A stretch of 64,000 bases of DNA from Candidatus Yanofskybacteria bacterium (GCA_020847715.1 JADLBM010000021.1:800-64799), one strand, 5' to 3'; numbered from the stretch's first letter, positions 9,461 through 18,367 are shown. Program-made: numbers and translations. The notes: generated by a model not told the origin, from the sequence alone.

Positions 9461-9646
9461 TTATGCGGAACGCTTCAGCGCAGTCAGAATGCGTGCGATG
9501 AGGCGGCGCGTTTCCCGAAGATCGCTCGTCTTCTTGAGCTTCTTGTCGGCAAGATCGAAGCGCATCTGTGCGACCTTCGCCTGAGACTCCCGGAGGAGCG
9601 TCTCAAGTTCAGCTGCATTCTTGGATGTGAGGTCGTGCTTTTTCAT
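9461..9646 (-). CDS. rpmC: 50S ribosomal protein L29
   Basis: [30 protein letters not shown]. Confidence 0.9.
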   Translation of the reverse strand: MKKHDLTSKNAAELETLLRESQAKVAQMRFDLADKKLKKTSDLRETRRLIARILTALKRSA

Positions 9647-9649
9647 GGT

Positions 9650-10060
9650 CTACGATGTGCGCTTCACAAACCGCGTCTTAATCGGAAGCTTGTGCGCCGC
9701 GAGACGAAGCGCCTCACGAGCAACCTGCTCGGTAACGCCGTCGACTTCGAACAACACGCGTCCTGCTTCAACGACCGCAACGAAGTGACTCAGTCCTCCG
9801 CGACCGCCTCCCATACCAACCTCAGCTGATTTGGCAGTACGAGGCTTGTCGGGGAACACGCGGGTCCAAATCTTGCCACCACGCGCGAACATGCGAGACA
9901 TGGCGCGGCGAGCGGACTCGAGCTGGTTGGCCTTCAACCACGAAGACTCTTCCGCCTTCAGCCCGAAGCTTCCAAAAGAAAGCGTCGTGCCACGGAACGC
10001 CTTCGCTTTGAGGCGACCCTTGTGGACTTTCGTTCGTTTGACGCGGCTTGGTTGCAACAT
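9650..10060 (-). CDS. rplP: 50S ribosomal protein L16
   Basis: MLQPSRVKRTKVHKGRLKAKAFRGTTLSFGSFGLKA. Confidence 0.93.
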   Translation of the reverse strand: MLQPSRVKRTKVHKGRLKAKAFRGTTLSFGSFGLKAEESSWLKANQLESARRAMSRMFARGGKIWTRVFPDKPRTAKSAEVGMGGGRGGLSHFVAVVEAGRVLFEVDGVTEQVAREALRLAAHKLPIKTRFVKRTS

Positions 10061-10082
10061 GGTCGAAAAGTTTCAGCGTTCG

Positions 10083-10733
10083 TTATGCGTTCTTCTCTGC
10101 TTCAAAGACTTCACCCTTGTAGACCCACACCTTGATACCGACGGTACCGTAGGTGGTGTGTGCGGTCGCGCGGACGAAATCCACATCGGCACGGAGCGTC
10201 TGGAGCGGGAGCGAGCCCTCTTCCATATGCTCAACGCGTGCGATCTCGGCGCCGTCCAAGCGACCCGACAACTGCAACTTCACACCCTTCACGGCGCGAC
10301 TCGCCATCACCTTCTGGATGGTCATCTTCATGATGCGGCGGTACGGCGTGCGGCGTTCGATCTGGTCCACAATGTGCTCGGCAATAACCGCAGCAGAACC
10401 GTCCGGATTCTTCACTTCCTGCACTTCGAGCTGCAACGGCACCTTGAACTTGAGCAGCTTGCCAAGTTTCTGGTTAAGCTCCTGAATGCCTGCACCGCCG
10501 CGGCCGATAATGAGACCCGGGCGAGCGGAGTTGATGGTCACGCGGATGGCGTTATTGCCACGCTCGATGAGAATGGAATCAACGCCCATGTTCTTCAGGC
10601 GCTTGCCCAAGAACTCGCGAATGGCAAGATCATCCTTCAAGAACTGCGGATACTTGGCGCCGCCAAACCAGCGAGACGACCAGTCCCTGTTGATGCCCAA
10701 CCTCATTGATACCGGTGATGCTTTCTGTCCCAT
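10083..10733 (-). CDS. rpsC: 30S ribosomal protein S3
   Basis: MGQKASPVSMRLGINRDWSSRWFG, KH domain. Confidence 0.93.
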   Translation of the reverse strand: MGQKASPVSMRLGINRDWSSRWFGGAKYPQFLKDDLAIREFLGKRLKNMGVDSILIERGNNAIRVTINSARPGLIIGRGGAGIQELNQKLGKLLKFKVPLQLEVQEVKNPDGSAAVIAEHIVDQIERRTPYRRIMKMTIQKVMASRAVKGVKLQLSGRLDGAEIARVEHMEEGSLPLQTLRADVDFVRATAHTTYGTVGIKVWVYKGEVFEAEKNA

Positions 10734-10742
10734 GGTTGAAGT

Positions 10743-11147
10743 TTAGAGGTTCGAATCAGTTGCCGCCTTCTCGCTTGCCTTCTTCTTGGTGGTCGCCTTC
10801 TTCGGCTTTGCCTCGCCGCCTTCCAGCACGACGCATACGCGGCTCGTTTTCTTCTCGATTGGATTTGCGCGGCCGAAGCCCTTCGGTACGAACCGCTTGA
10901 GCTTCATGCCCTCATCCACCCACATATCCTTGATGACCAAGGTCTCGGGGTCGAGCTTGAAAGTGTTTTCCGCGTTCGCAACCGCTGAGCGCAAGAGCTT
11001 CACGAGGTGCTCGCTGGAACGCTTCGGCGCATGGGTAAGCTGATCGAGCGCGACCTGCACGTTCTTGCGCTTGATGAGGTCGACCAGCAGCCGCACCTTG
11101 CGAGGCGCGATGCGGAGTCCGTTCAGTTGTGCCTTCACCTGGGTCAT
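10743..11147 (-). CDS. rplV: 50S ribosomal protein L22
   Basis: MTQVKAQLNGLRIAPRKVRLLVDLIKRKNVQVALDQL. Confidence 0.92.
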   Translation of the reverse strand: MTQVKAQLNGLRIAPRKVRLLVDLIKRKNVQVALDQLTHAPKRSSEHLVKLLRSAVANAENTFKLDPETLVIKDMWVDEGMKLKRFVPKGFGRANPIEKKTSRVCVVLEGGEAKPKKATTKKKASEKAATDSNL

Positions 11148-11155
11148 GCGATTGA

Positions 11156-11506
11156 TTATTTCTTAGCGGGCGCAGCGGCGGCAGGCTCTTTCGCGGCCTT
11201 GGCTGCATCGATCTCCTTCTGCTTCTGAGCGGCTTCCTGCTCCTTCTGCATGCGGCCTCCGTGGCGTGCGAACTTCTTCGTATGCGCGAATTCGCCCAAC
11301 TTATGACCGACCATATCCTCAGTGACCAACACAGGGATGTGCACCCTACCATTGTGAACACCGAAGGTAAAGCCAATCATTTCCGGAATAATGGTGCTGG
11401 CGCGGGCCCACGTCTTGATAATCTTCTTCTCGCCCGCCTTCAAGGCAGACACCTTCTTCAGGAGCTTCGCATCCACATACGGGCCTTTTTTGAGTGATCG
11501 CGACAT
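11156..11506 (-). CDS. rpsS: 30S ribosomal protein S19
   Basis: [19 protein letters not shown]...[27 protein letters not shown]. Confidence 0.94.
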   Translation of the reverse strand: MSRSLKKGPYVDAKLLKKVSALKAGEKKIIKTWARASTIIPEMIGFTFGVHNGRVHIPVLVTEDMVGHKLGEFAHTKKFARHGGRMQKEQEAAQKQKEIDAAKAAKEPAAAAPAKK

Positions 11507-11512
11507 GGTGGA

Positions 11513-12340
11513 TTATTTGATGCGGCGGCGCACGATGAACTTCGCCGATTTCTTCTTCGGATTGCGCGTCTTGTGTCCGCCGGTCGTCTTGCCGTGCATC
11601 GTCTTCGGGCGGCGCGTACCACGACCCTGGCGGCCTTCTCCTCCACCGTACGGGTGGTCAACCGGGTTCTTGGCGGTACCGCGAACCTTCGGGCGACGAC
11701 CGAGCCAGCGGGAGCGTCCGGCTTTTCCAAGGGCGATGGTCATGTGTTCGGCATTGGACAGCTGCCCAATGGATGCATAGCACTCACCGAGCACGAGGCG
11801 CATCTCGGACGACGGAAGCTGAACCTGCGTAAGCGCGCCGTCATGGGCGAGCACCATCGCACCGGTCCCTGCGGAGCGGACGATGAGTCCTCCCTGTCCG
11901 GGACGGAGCTCGATGTTGTGCACCAGCGTACCCTGCGGTACATTGCGCAGCTTCATACGATTGCCAGGGCGGACCGGAGTCTTCTCCGCGGTCACCACGG
12001 TATCGCCAACATTCAATTCCTGCGGCGCAAGGATGTAGCGCTTCTCCCCATCGCGGTAGTTCAGCAAGGCGATGCGCGAAGTGCGGTTCGGGTCGTACTC
12101 GATAGCGGCGACCTTCGCCGGAATGTCGAATTTGTTCTGCTTGAAATCGATCCAGCGGTAGAGACGCTTCACGCCGCCTCCGCGATGCATCGAGGTGACA
12201 CGGCCCTGATTATTGCGACCAACCTTGCGGTGGCGGCCACCCGTGAGGGATTTCAGCGGCTTGGCAGACTTCGTCAGATTGCTGAAGTCGTATCCCTGTG
12301 CGTGCCGACGCGACGGAGTTGTAGGCTTGTAGTCTTTCAT
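11513..12340 (-). CDS. rplB: 50S ribosomal protein L2
   Basis: GRNNQGRVTSMHRGGGVKRLYR...GTAKNPVDHPYGGGEG. Confidence 0.95.
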   Translation of the reverse strand: MKDYKPTTPSRRHAQGYDFSNLTKSAKPLKSLTGGRHRKVGRNNQGRVTSMHRGGGVKRLYRWIDFKQNKFDIPAKVAAIEYDPNRTSRIALLNYRDGEKRYILAPQELNVGDTVVTAEKTPVRPGNRMKLRNVPQGTLVHNIELRPGQGGLIVRSAGTGAMVLAHDGALTQVQLPSSEMRLVLGECYASIGQLSNAEHMTIALGKAGRSRWLGRRPKVRGTAKNPVDHPYGGGEGRQGRGTRRPKTMHGKTTGGHKTRNPKKKSAKFIVRRRIK

Positions 12341-12343
12341 GGA

Positions 12344-12727
12344 TTACGGCTGTGCTTGCGCGATAGACTGACCGCTCTTGAGCGTGACAATCGCCTTCTT
12401 GATACCGCCCTTGGTGCCACGATGGCGACCAAGCGTGATGCTCTTCTTCGGCAAGCGAACCATGTTCACGGACACGACATCAACCTTGTACCCGCGCTCG
12501 ACCGCGTCGCGCACCTCGGTCTTTGTGGCACGACGGTCAACTTCGAATGTGTACTGGTTCATGGCAAATCCGCGAGCACTCTTTTCGCTCACGAAATACC
12601 GCTTGAGCACGGAGCCCACCGGAGCGGTGATCGTGGGGGTCGCAATCTCCTTCACCTCAGTGACCTGAGATTCGGATACCGGAGCCTTCGACTGCTTCTT
12701 TGATTTTCCAAAAAGGTTGAGCGCCAT
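12344..12727 (-). CDS. rplW: 50S ribosomal protein L23
   Basis: VLKRYFVSEKSARGFAMNQYTFEVDRRATKTEVRDAVERGYKVDVVSVN. Confidence 0.9.
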   Translation of the reverse strand: MALNLFGKSKKQSKAPVSESQVTEVKEIATPTITAPVGSVLKRYFVSEKSARGFAMNQYTFEVDRRATKTEVRDAVERGYKVDVVSVNMVRLPKKSITLGRHRGTKGGIKKAIVTLKSGQSIAQAQP

Positions 12728-12731
12728 GGTG

Positions 12732-13391
12732 TTAGCTCTTCAATGAAAAGGTCTTCTCTGCGGCCGCAAGCGCTCCGGCGGTCGTAAGCACGAACGGGAA
12801 CGCCAGCACCGTCAACGCATTCAGGTCCTGTGCACGGATGGTGGTAACTTCCGGAAGGTTCGCGAACGCGCGCACCGTCGGTGCGTCATCCGAGCCGCCC
12901 GGCAGAACAACCAACACGCGACCGCCTGCGCGGTAGCCATCGAATCCCTTGGTGTGAGACGCGATAAGCGCAGCAGCGTCCTTGGTCTTGCCCGTCGAAA
13001 CCGCAAGCGCATCAACAACACGGAGGTGTCCGTCGCGGACACGCGCGGACAGCACAACGGCAAGCGCCTTACGAGCGGCAATCTTGGTGATGGTCTTGGA
13101 AAAGTTGACGTCCTTGCTGGGTCCATGCGCCGCACCGCCACCGATCCAAATCGGAGAGCGGATAGAACCATGCCGTGCACGGCCGGTGCCCTTCTGCCGC
13201 CACGGCTTTTTGCCGCCGCCGCGAACTTCGGAGCGCGTCTTCGCATGGGCGAGCACCTGTCGCTGATTGCTCATCTGCGAGGTCGCAACCTGCCAGACGA
13301 GGTCTGCGTTCATCGGCGCGGCGAACAAACGATCGGACACGGTGGCCGTTTCGTCTGCTTTGCCCTTCGCGTTGTAGACCTTGATATCCAT
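12732..13391 (-). CDS. rplD: 50S ribosomal protein L4
   Basis: GGGKKPWRQKGTGRARHGSIRSPIWIGGGAAHGP. Confidence 0.93.
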   Translation of the reverse strand: MDIKVYNAKGKADETATVSDRLFAAPMNADLVWQVATSQMSNQRQVLAHAKTRSEVRGGGKKPWRQKGTGRARHGSIRSPIWIGGGAAHGPSKDVNFSKTITKIAARKALAVVLSARVRDGHLRVVDALAVSTGKTKDAAALIASHTKGFDGYRAGGRVLVVLPGGSDDAPTVRAFANLPEVTTIRAQDLNALTVLAFPFVLTTAGALAAAEKTFSLKS

Positions 13392-13420
13392 GAGAGTTAC
13401 GAGGTAGTGAGCCTGCCGAA

Positions 13421-14050
13421 CTAGGCGGTGATTTCAAGAATGGCGCCCTTCGCACCCGGAACCGCACCCTTCACGGCGAGCACACCGGCTTCGGCATCGA
13501 CAACGATGACCTTCAAGCCGCGCATACTGATGCGCTCCTGACCGTCGCGTCCCGGACCGCGCGTACCCTTCAGTGTGTGCTGAGGGAAGCGCTGACCGAT
13601 GGAACCGACGTGGCGAAGCACATGGTGGTGGCCATGGGATGCAGGAGCACCGTGGAATCCGTGGCGCTTCACCGCACCTGCAAATCCCTTTCCCTTCGTA
13701 AGCCCCGCGACCTTTACCACATCGCCAGGAGCAAAGATCGAGACATCGACGGAATCGCCGACGGCCAAATCCTTACCACCGACCGCAGTTGCCTTGAATT
13801 CGCGCGTCCAACGGAAGCTCCCCAACTCCTTGAAATGCCCGCGGAGACCCTTCCCGAGGTTCTTTGCCTTCTTCGTGCCCGCACCCAGCTGAACGGCCGC
13901 ATAGCCATCCTTTTCAACGGATTTGACCTGCGTGACCACATTCGGAGCGGCCTGAAGCAGGGTAACCCCAATGAGCTCGCCTTTTTCGCCATACACCTGG
14001 GTCATCCCCAGTTTAGTGGCAAGCATGAATTTTGCGGGTGTCTTTGCCAT
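13421..14050 (-). CDS. rplC: 50S ribosomal protein L3
   Basis: MLATKLGMTQVYGEKGELIGVTLL...KGKGFAGAVKRHGFHG; exact start (14050 or 14026) uncertain. Confidence 0.9.
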   Translation of the reverse strand: MAKTPAKFMLATKLGMTQVYGEKGELIGVTLLQAAPNVVTQVKSVEKDGYAAVQLGAGTKKAKNLGKGLRGHFKELGSFRWTREFKATAVGGKDLAVGDSVDVSIFAPGDVVKVAGLTKGKGFAGAVKRHGFHGAPASHGHHHVLRHVGSIGQRFPQHTLKGTRGPGRDGQERISMRGLKVIVVDAEAGVLAVKGAVPGAKGAILEITA

Positions 14051-14282
14051 AAACAACACAAATTCCGGCCTAGCCGGAACATCGGCGAAGCCACGTGCGA
14101 GGGTATCCATTGAAGGACCTGCCGCACGGTCGGGGTGTCTTAGGCCGGTTCTAACTCCTGCCGGAAACCCCTGCTGGGAAGCCGGTCGCCCGGCTCAAGT
14201 CAGCCCAACGACTATACACGAACCCCCAAAAGAATGCAAGCCCCCAACAAAAAGCCTGCGCAATGCGCAGGCTGGAGACGGT

Positions 14283-14663
14283 TCACTCCCGATAGCAGGT
14301 CGTGACCGTGTTGCAGATGCCCCGTCCGCCGACGCCGCTCGCTCCGCACCAGTAGTTCCACGCTTCCGACGAGGACCACGTCGCGGGCGTGATGCCCCCA
14401 CCCGACGTCCACCCCGAGTAGCCGACCGTGGCGCCCTGCATCCCGCCCCGCGGGTCCTCGACCGTGCAATAGCCGGTGAAGCCCTGCTCCTGCAGCAATT
14501 GCGGCCCCGCCACCGTACCGCAATGGAAGAGTCCACGCCTGCTGCAGAACTTGAGGCCCGTGTCCTGCTCGGGCGCGAGCGGGTTCAAGCAGCTCCCCGC
14601 ACCCATCAGGATGGGACTCAACACCACGACCATCAACGCGACGTATCGCTTCGCCCGCTTCAT
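14283..14663 (-). CDS. hypothetical secreted/lipoprotein-like Cys/Gly-rich small protein (8 Cys)
   Basis: N-terminal signal MKRAKRYVALMVVVLSPILMGAGSC; first gene of the island between rplC and rpsJ. Confidence 0.5.
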   Translation of the reverse strand: MKRAKRYVALMVVVLSPILMGAGSCLNPLAPEQDTGLKFCSRRGLFHCGTVAGPQLLQEQGFTGYCTVEDPRGGMQGATVGYSGWTSGGGITPATWSSSEAWNYWCGASGVGGRGICNTVTTCYRE

Positions 14664-14720
14664 TACCCCTCCTCAGCGAATATGAGAACCGACTGTACCA
14701 CTGTTCTTACTTATTGTCAA

Positions 14721-14790
14721 AACAAAAAAGGACCGGCGCGTGTGCGTCGGTCCGGAGAGCGGACTAGCGGAAACGGAGACCCCAGCGATG
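14721..14790 (-). repeat. direct repeat copy 1 (about 68 bp) carrying the gene 3' end plus a terminator hairpin GGACCG...CGGTCC plus T-run
   Basis: aaaaaaggaccggcgcgtgtgcgtcggtccggagagcggactagcggaaacggagaccccagcgatg is near-identical to 15451..15519. Confidence 0.8.
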
Positions 14791-14979
14791 CTCTCGGGGA
14801 CACCTGAAGAACTCCCGCAACACGGCCGGGAGAGCGATGGGACCGGCGAGCACGTTGAGGCACAGAGCGAGCCACTTCACGTAGCCGCCATCCTGGCAAA
14901 AGCCCACCGTGATGATGTGATTGACCCACGCCCACAGCAGGTAACCGGTCAACGGCCACAGCAGCCACCACAGATTCAT
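14764..14979 (-). CDS. small hydrophobic membrane protein, paralog of 15493..15738 (shared C-terminal HRWGLRF)
   Basis: 71 aa, 2 predicted TM; 3' end lies inside the 68-bp direct repeat. Confidence 0.5.
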   Translation of the reverse strand: MNLWWLLWPLTGYLLWAWVNHIITVGFCQDGGYVKWLALCLNVLAGPIALPAVLREFFRCPREHRWGLRFR

Positions 14980-15075
14980 GCTTCACCTCGGTTTCATAAT
15001 ATCACGGTTTCTTGATTCGTCAAATACAAAACAAAACCCCTCTCGGCCGAAGGGCATAGAGGGGTCGGGAACGGG

Positions 15076-15393
15076 TCAGTGGGTGAACGCGTAGTGCAGG
15101 AACATGACGAAGTAGACGACGAGCATGCCGCTCGCGAATCCGCCGGCTAGCGGATGCGGCGCGACCCAGTTTTCGCAGTAGGGATGCCCGGGAGACCCTC
15201 GGTCAGTCAACTCCTGCCAGCCCGCACCGAAGTTCGTGTGACTGGCGGTGAAGAACGCGATGAAGAACCCGAGGAACAGAACCCAAAATGGCAACGGGGT
15301 CTGGCGACACCACGCCTCATGGGCGGCCCGGAACCCCAGCACGAAGATGAGGCCCAAGCTGAACGCGAACCACCACAGTTTCTCAAAGGACAT
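15076..15393 (-). CDS. hypothetical membrane protein (about 105 aa, 3 TM)
   Basis: MSFEKLWWFAFSLGLIFVLGF...; hydrophobic profile. Confidence 0.45.
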   Translation of the reverse strand: MSFEKLWWFAFSLGLIFVLGFRAAHEAWCRQTPLPFWVLFLGFFIAFFTASHTNFGAGWQELTDRGSPGHPYCENWVAPHPLAGGFASGMLVVYFVMFLHYAFTH

Positions 15394-15450
15394 GGCACAA
15401 CCTCCTGATTCGATTATACTCCATTTTATTAGAAAAGTCAATGCCCATCG

Positions 15451-15519
15451 CGAAAAAAGGACCGGCGCGTGTGCGTCGGTCCGGAGAGCGGACTACCAGA
15501 AACGGAGACCCCAGCGATG
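15451..15519 (-). repeat. direct repeat copy 2 (terminator plus gene 3' end)
   Basis: matches 14721..14790 with 3 substitutions. Confidence 0.8.
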
Positions 15520-15738
15520 AGCTGCAGGAAAGTTGCGGGCTTCGGCCGCCGTGTTAAAGATGGCAATCGGCCCGGCAAGTATCCCGACCAGCAGCGCGAA
15601 AACCTTGACGTGCCGCTCCACCGCCCCACCCGCTCTGAGCGGATACACTCTGTTGAGCATGTAATTGAACCACGCCCAACCCAGAATGCCCAACACGGCC
15701 CACACGAGAACCAACCCGGACACCAGCCATGGATTCAT
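15493..15738 (-). CDS. small hydrophobic membrane protein, paralog of 14764..14979
   Basis: 81 aa ending AAHRWGLRFW. Confidence 0.5.
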   Translation of the reverse strand: MNPWLVSGLVLVWAVLGILGWAWFNYMLNRVYPLRAGGAVERHVKVFALLVGILAGPIAIFNTAAEARNFPAAHRWGLRFW

Positions 15739-15834
15739 CGAACCCTCCTAAAATAAATCATACACCTCTTATCTAGTTGTGTCAATGTCCAACAAAAACC
15801 CCTCGCGGATGCGAGGGGTCGGGAGCTTCATGTT

Positions 15835-16074
15835 CTACAGCAGAGGCACTCCGCAGTCGACGCAGCGCCCGCACTCGCTTACCGGACCATCGTGGTCGCA
15901 AGCCCACTTGCCCACCTCGTCAGCGGCGATGTACTTCGTGTCCTTACTTCCTGCAACATCCACCTTGAGGACAAGGCACCTCGTTCCCGCCCTGACAACG
16001 TACGTCGCGGGCGCTAAGCGTTTCGCTCCGCCCGTACTGGAAAGCCACCGCGTATCAACCCTCTGCTGTGCCAC
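15835..16074 (-). CDS. hypothetical small protein with C-terminal Cys cluster (CDHDGPVSECGRCVDCG)
   Basis: 79 aa; SD GGAGGT 4 nt upstream of ATG. Confidence 0.45.
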   Translation of the reverse strand: MAQQRVDTRWLSSTGGAKRLAPATYVVRAGTRCLVLKVDVAGSKDTKYIAADEVGKWACDHDGPVSECGRCVDCGVPLL

Positions 16075-16107
16075 TGTTCTACCTCCGCCAGCTGGATGAT
16101 GCGCGCA

Positions 16108-16332
16108 TCACATTAGCGAGTTCACCAAAAGAGCACCGATGAAGAGGACCAGCACCGCGAGAAGTACCTCCGCGAACATCGTGGCGCTAATCACACGGTC
16201 GCGCTCCTCCCGCCTCGCCTGCCATTCTGCGTGCATACCGTCCCAACACGCACCACAGTAGTTGCTTCGGTACCGCGCGAAGGCGTTGCACCCCTTGCGG
16301 ATGCACTTCTTCAACTGCTCACCTCTCACCAT
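16108..16332 (-). CDS. hypothetical zinc-finger plus C-terminal TM anchor protein (74 aa)
   Basis: CIRKGC-x10-CGAC then hydrophobic tail; SD GGAGGT 5 nt before ATG; probably co-transcribed with 16374..16661. Confidence 0.45.
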   Translation of the reverse strand: MVRGEQLKKCIRKGCNAFARYRSNYCGACWDGMHAEWQARREERDRVISATMFAEVLLAVLVLFIGALLVNSLM

Positions 16333-16373
16333 GCGAACCTCCGGAAAGACTCTGCCGCGCTTTCCAAGAACTT

Positions 16374-16661
16374 TCAGTGCCTCTGATTGCGGTCTCGATG
16401 CTGTGCGTAGATGGCGGGGATGAGCTCATTGAGGACTCGCTCGCGAGGCACCTCGGCAAGACTCCGAAACCCGTGCTCCGCAATCCAGAGCTGAACCTCG
16501 GGTTCGCGATTGAGCCGAGTATAGAGAGCGCCCGCGTCCTCCCGCACACCCGCGGCGAACGTCGTGAGCACGCGATGGACGCCGGTACTGATGCGATCCA
16601 CGAACTCTTCGACAACAGCAAGATCTGGGGCGACATCGTCTGGGTCTTCGCCATCCGCCAT
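16374..16661 (-). CDS. hypothetical small acidic protein (96 aa) behind conserved leader copy 1
   Basis: MADGEDPDDV...; listed ORF over-extended; conserved promoter/SD leader immediately upstream. Confidence 0.5.
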   Translation of the reverse strand: MADGEDPDDVAPDLAVVEEFVDRISTGVHRVLTTFAAGVREDAGALYTRLNREPEVQLWIAEHGFRSLAEVPRERVLNELIPAIYAQHRDRNQRH

Positions 16662-16710
16662 GTTCCACCTCCGCCGCGAGGTATACCACATGCGGCATAC
16701 CACCGCAACG
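16650..16710 (-). promoter_or_regulatory. conserved promoter/leader copy 1 (TTGCGG-17-TATACC then GGAGGTGGAACATGGCGGATG)
   Basis: about 60-nt near-identity with copy 3 (17636..17695) including the first 3 codons; core shared with copy 2. Confidence 0.65.
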
Positions 16711-16792
16711 CAGCAACGCATTGGAGCGTCCTCGCGCCCATGCGCTCGGAAACGAATGGCCGGCCATCCCCGCAGAAAACGAGCGGCCATTC

Positions 16793-16822
16793 GAAAAAAA
16801 GGCCGTCGGAGGGACGGCCGGC
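16793..16822 (-). terminator. terminator after 16823..17177 gene
   Basis: GGCCGGCCGTCCCTCCGACGGCC hairpin then TTTTTTT on minus strand. Confidence 0.6.
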
Positions 16823-17177
16823 CTATCGAACTTCCCGCACTCGCCCATCCTGGATGACCAGCTTCTCCTTCTTGAGCAGAACGGAATTCAGCATGCAGGA
16901 TTCATCCCACCCAGGACTGTCTCCCGGTCCCTGTGCGCTGTAGCGATCGCGACTCATCTTGCCGCATGCCATGCACACCCACACCTGCCCCTCCGGAGCG
17001 ATACGAGGGCCATCGCTCACCGACCCGCTTACCGGATCGGCCGATGAAAACACCGGCGCCATCCGCGCATCGGCAGCAAGCAGGCGCGCTCGCAGAACTT
17101 CCGGATGTCTCCCCGCCAGATGTGGGAATGAATTGATGAGCTCCCCGAACTCCTCCTTGCAGATGCTACACTTCATG
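16823..17177 (-). CDS. hypothetical Cys-rich zinc-ribbon-like protein (118 aa)
   Basis: MKCSICKEEFG...CMACGKMS...; preceded by leader copy 2. Confidence 0.5.
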
Positions 17178-17200
17178 CTCCACCTCCGCCGCAAGGTATA
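17165..17200 (-). promoter_or_regulatory. conserved promoter/leader copy 2 (GTGGTATACCTTGCGGCGGAGGTGGAGCATG)
   Basis: shares a 31-nt core with copies 1 and 3. Confidence 0.6.
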
Positions 17201-17217
17201 CCACGGTCTGCGTAAAA

Positions 17218-17250
17218 ACAAAACCCCTCGTGGCAACGAGGGGGTCATAT
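17218..17250 (-). terminator. terminator after 17256..17647 gene
   Basis: CCCCTCGTTGCCACGAGGGG then TTTTGTTTTT on minus strand. Confidence 0.65.
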
Positions 17251-17255
17251 AGTGT

Positions 17256-17647
17256 TCAGGTGCGGCGGTGCTCGGCGTTGATCTTGCCACAGAGCGTACA
17301 GACATCCATCGGCCGACCACACCCCACTCGATGCACATGATATTCGTCACAAAATGGCGGCTCGTTAAACTTGCCCGGACACGGCGGCGAGTAGTGCCGC
17401 GCCAGATCCGGAACCAATGCATTGGCGCTCTTGGCCCACTCATCGTCAGGATGCTGGTATGCCGCCTGCGCCAAGAGCCCAAGCGCTTCCTCCGCTGCCG
17501 TATATACGGCGTCCCAATCACAAACAAGCGCACCAACATCGATGTGGAGCAGCCCAACAAGCTTCATGAGCGTCTCGCGAGCTTGTCTGCCGAAGAACTT
17601 CTCGTCCCCGAGTTTCGCCTCAAGTCCGCCTTTGGCATCCGCCATGT
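17256..17647 (-). CDS. hypothetical protein with C-terminal Cys/His-rich zinc-binding region (130 aa)
   Basis: MADAKGGLEAK...CPGKFNEPPFCDEYHVHRVGCGRPMDVCTLCGK; preceded by leader copy 3. Confidence 0.5.
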
Positions 17648-17695
17648 TCCACCTCCGCCGCAAGGTATACCACATGCGGCATGCCACCGCAACGC
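17636..17695 (-). promoter_or_regulatory. conserved promoter/leader copy 3
   Basis: TTGCGGTGGCATGCCGCATGTGGTATACCTTGCGGCGGAGGTGGAACATGGCGGATG. Confidence 0.65.
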
Positions 17696-18017
17696 GGACG
17701 AGCGGCCATTCGTTCGAAAGAAAAAGGCGGAAGTGTTTCCACTTCCGCCTAGACCCAGCTTCGGGCCCTGCTCTACCGCCAGTGCTTGGGGTTCTGGCAG
17801 TGCCCCTCACCCTTGAACCAGCAGTTGACGAAGTCGTCCTTCACGCACTTCAGGAACGTGATGAAACGCTCGCGCACGGCTTATATCCTCCTGACAGGAT
17901 TCCACATCCCGTCTGGAACCATGGTACACTATTTTATTGAATAAGTCAATACCCCAAAAGTCAATCCCCGCCCACGGGATGATTACTACCCATTATCCAC
18001 ATTGAGGGGAGAAAAAC

Positions 18018-18356
18018 ATGCTCGTACAATCTATGCGTACCAAGTGGGCGTTGAAAACGAAAGAGAGCCGCACGCGAATGCGACTCGGGAATTCTTTCGT
18101 GAAGCGAGGATTACTGCTTCTGGGAAGACACCAGAAGAATAGCACGCCTGACACCTGCGCAAAACAAAACTGTGCACATATGGCAATAAAAACCATAAGG
18201 CAAATACGGCCTGTCCGCCCAATCAAGCCGATTGAGCGGATGCAAAATATCCAGACACTCCCCCCGATTGGGGCGAGGAAATGGATACGGGCGCATTGGC
18301 GTTACGACTACATCTCCCGAAAATGGGAGTGGGTCTTAGGCCACTGGTCACGTTAA
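18018..18356 (+). CDS. hypothetical basic protein (112 aa), only plus-strand gene in the island, within the low-GC patch
   Basis: SD GAGGGGAG before ATG at 18018; followed by a perfect 13-bp hairpin at 18368..18398. Confidence 0.4.
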   Translation: MLVQSMRTKWALKTKESRTRMRLGNSFVKRGLLLLGRHQKNSTPDTCAKQNCAHMAIKTIRQIRPVRPIKPIERMQNIQTLPPIGARKWIRAHWRYDYISRKWEWVLGHWSR

Positions 18357-18367
18357 GCCCAGACAAC

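Noticed and set aside
11573-12703. 376-aa plus-strand ORF opposite rplB/rplW
   Set aside because: Shadow ORF antisense to L2/L23.
14740-15756. Plus-strand ORFs 14740..15015 and 15469..15756 sharing MCVGPESGL(A/P)ETETPAM
   Set aside because: Their shared N-termini come from the antisense of the 68-bp direct repeat. The hydrophobic minus-strand ORFs with downstream terminators are the more credible genes.
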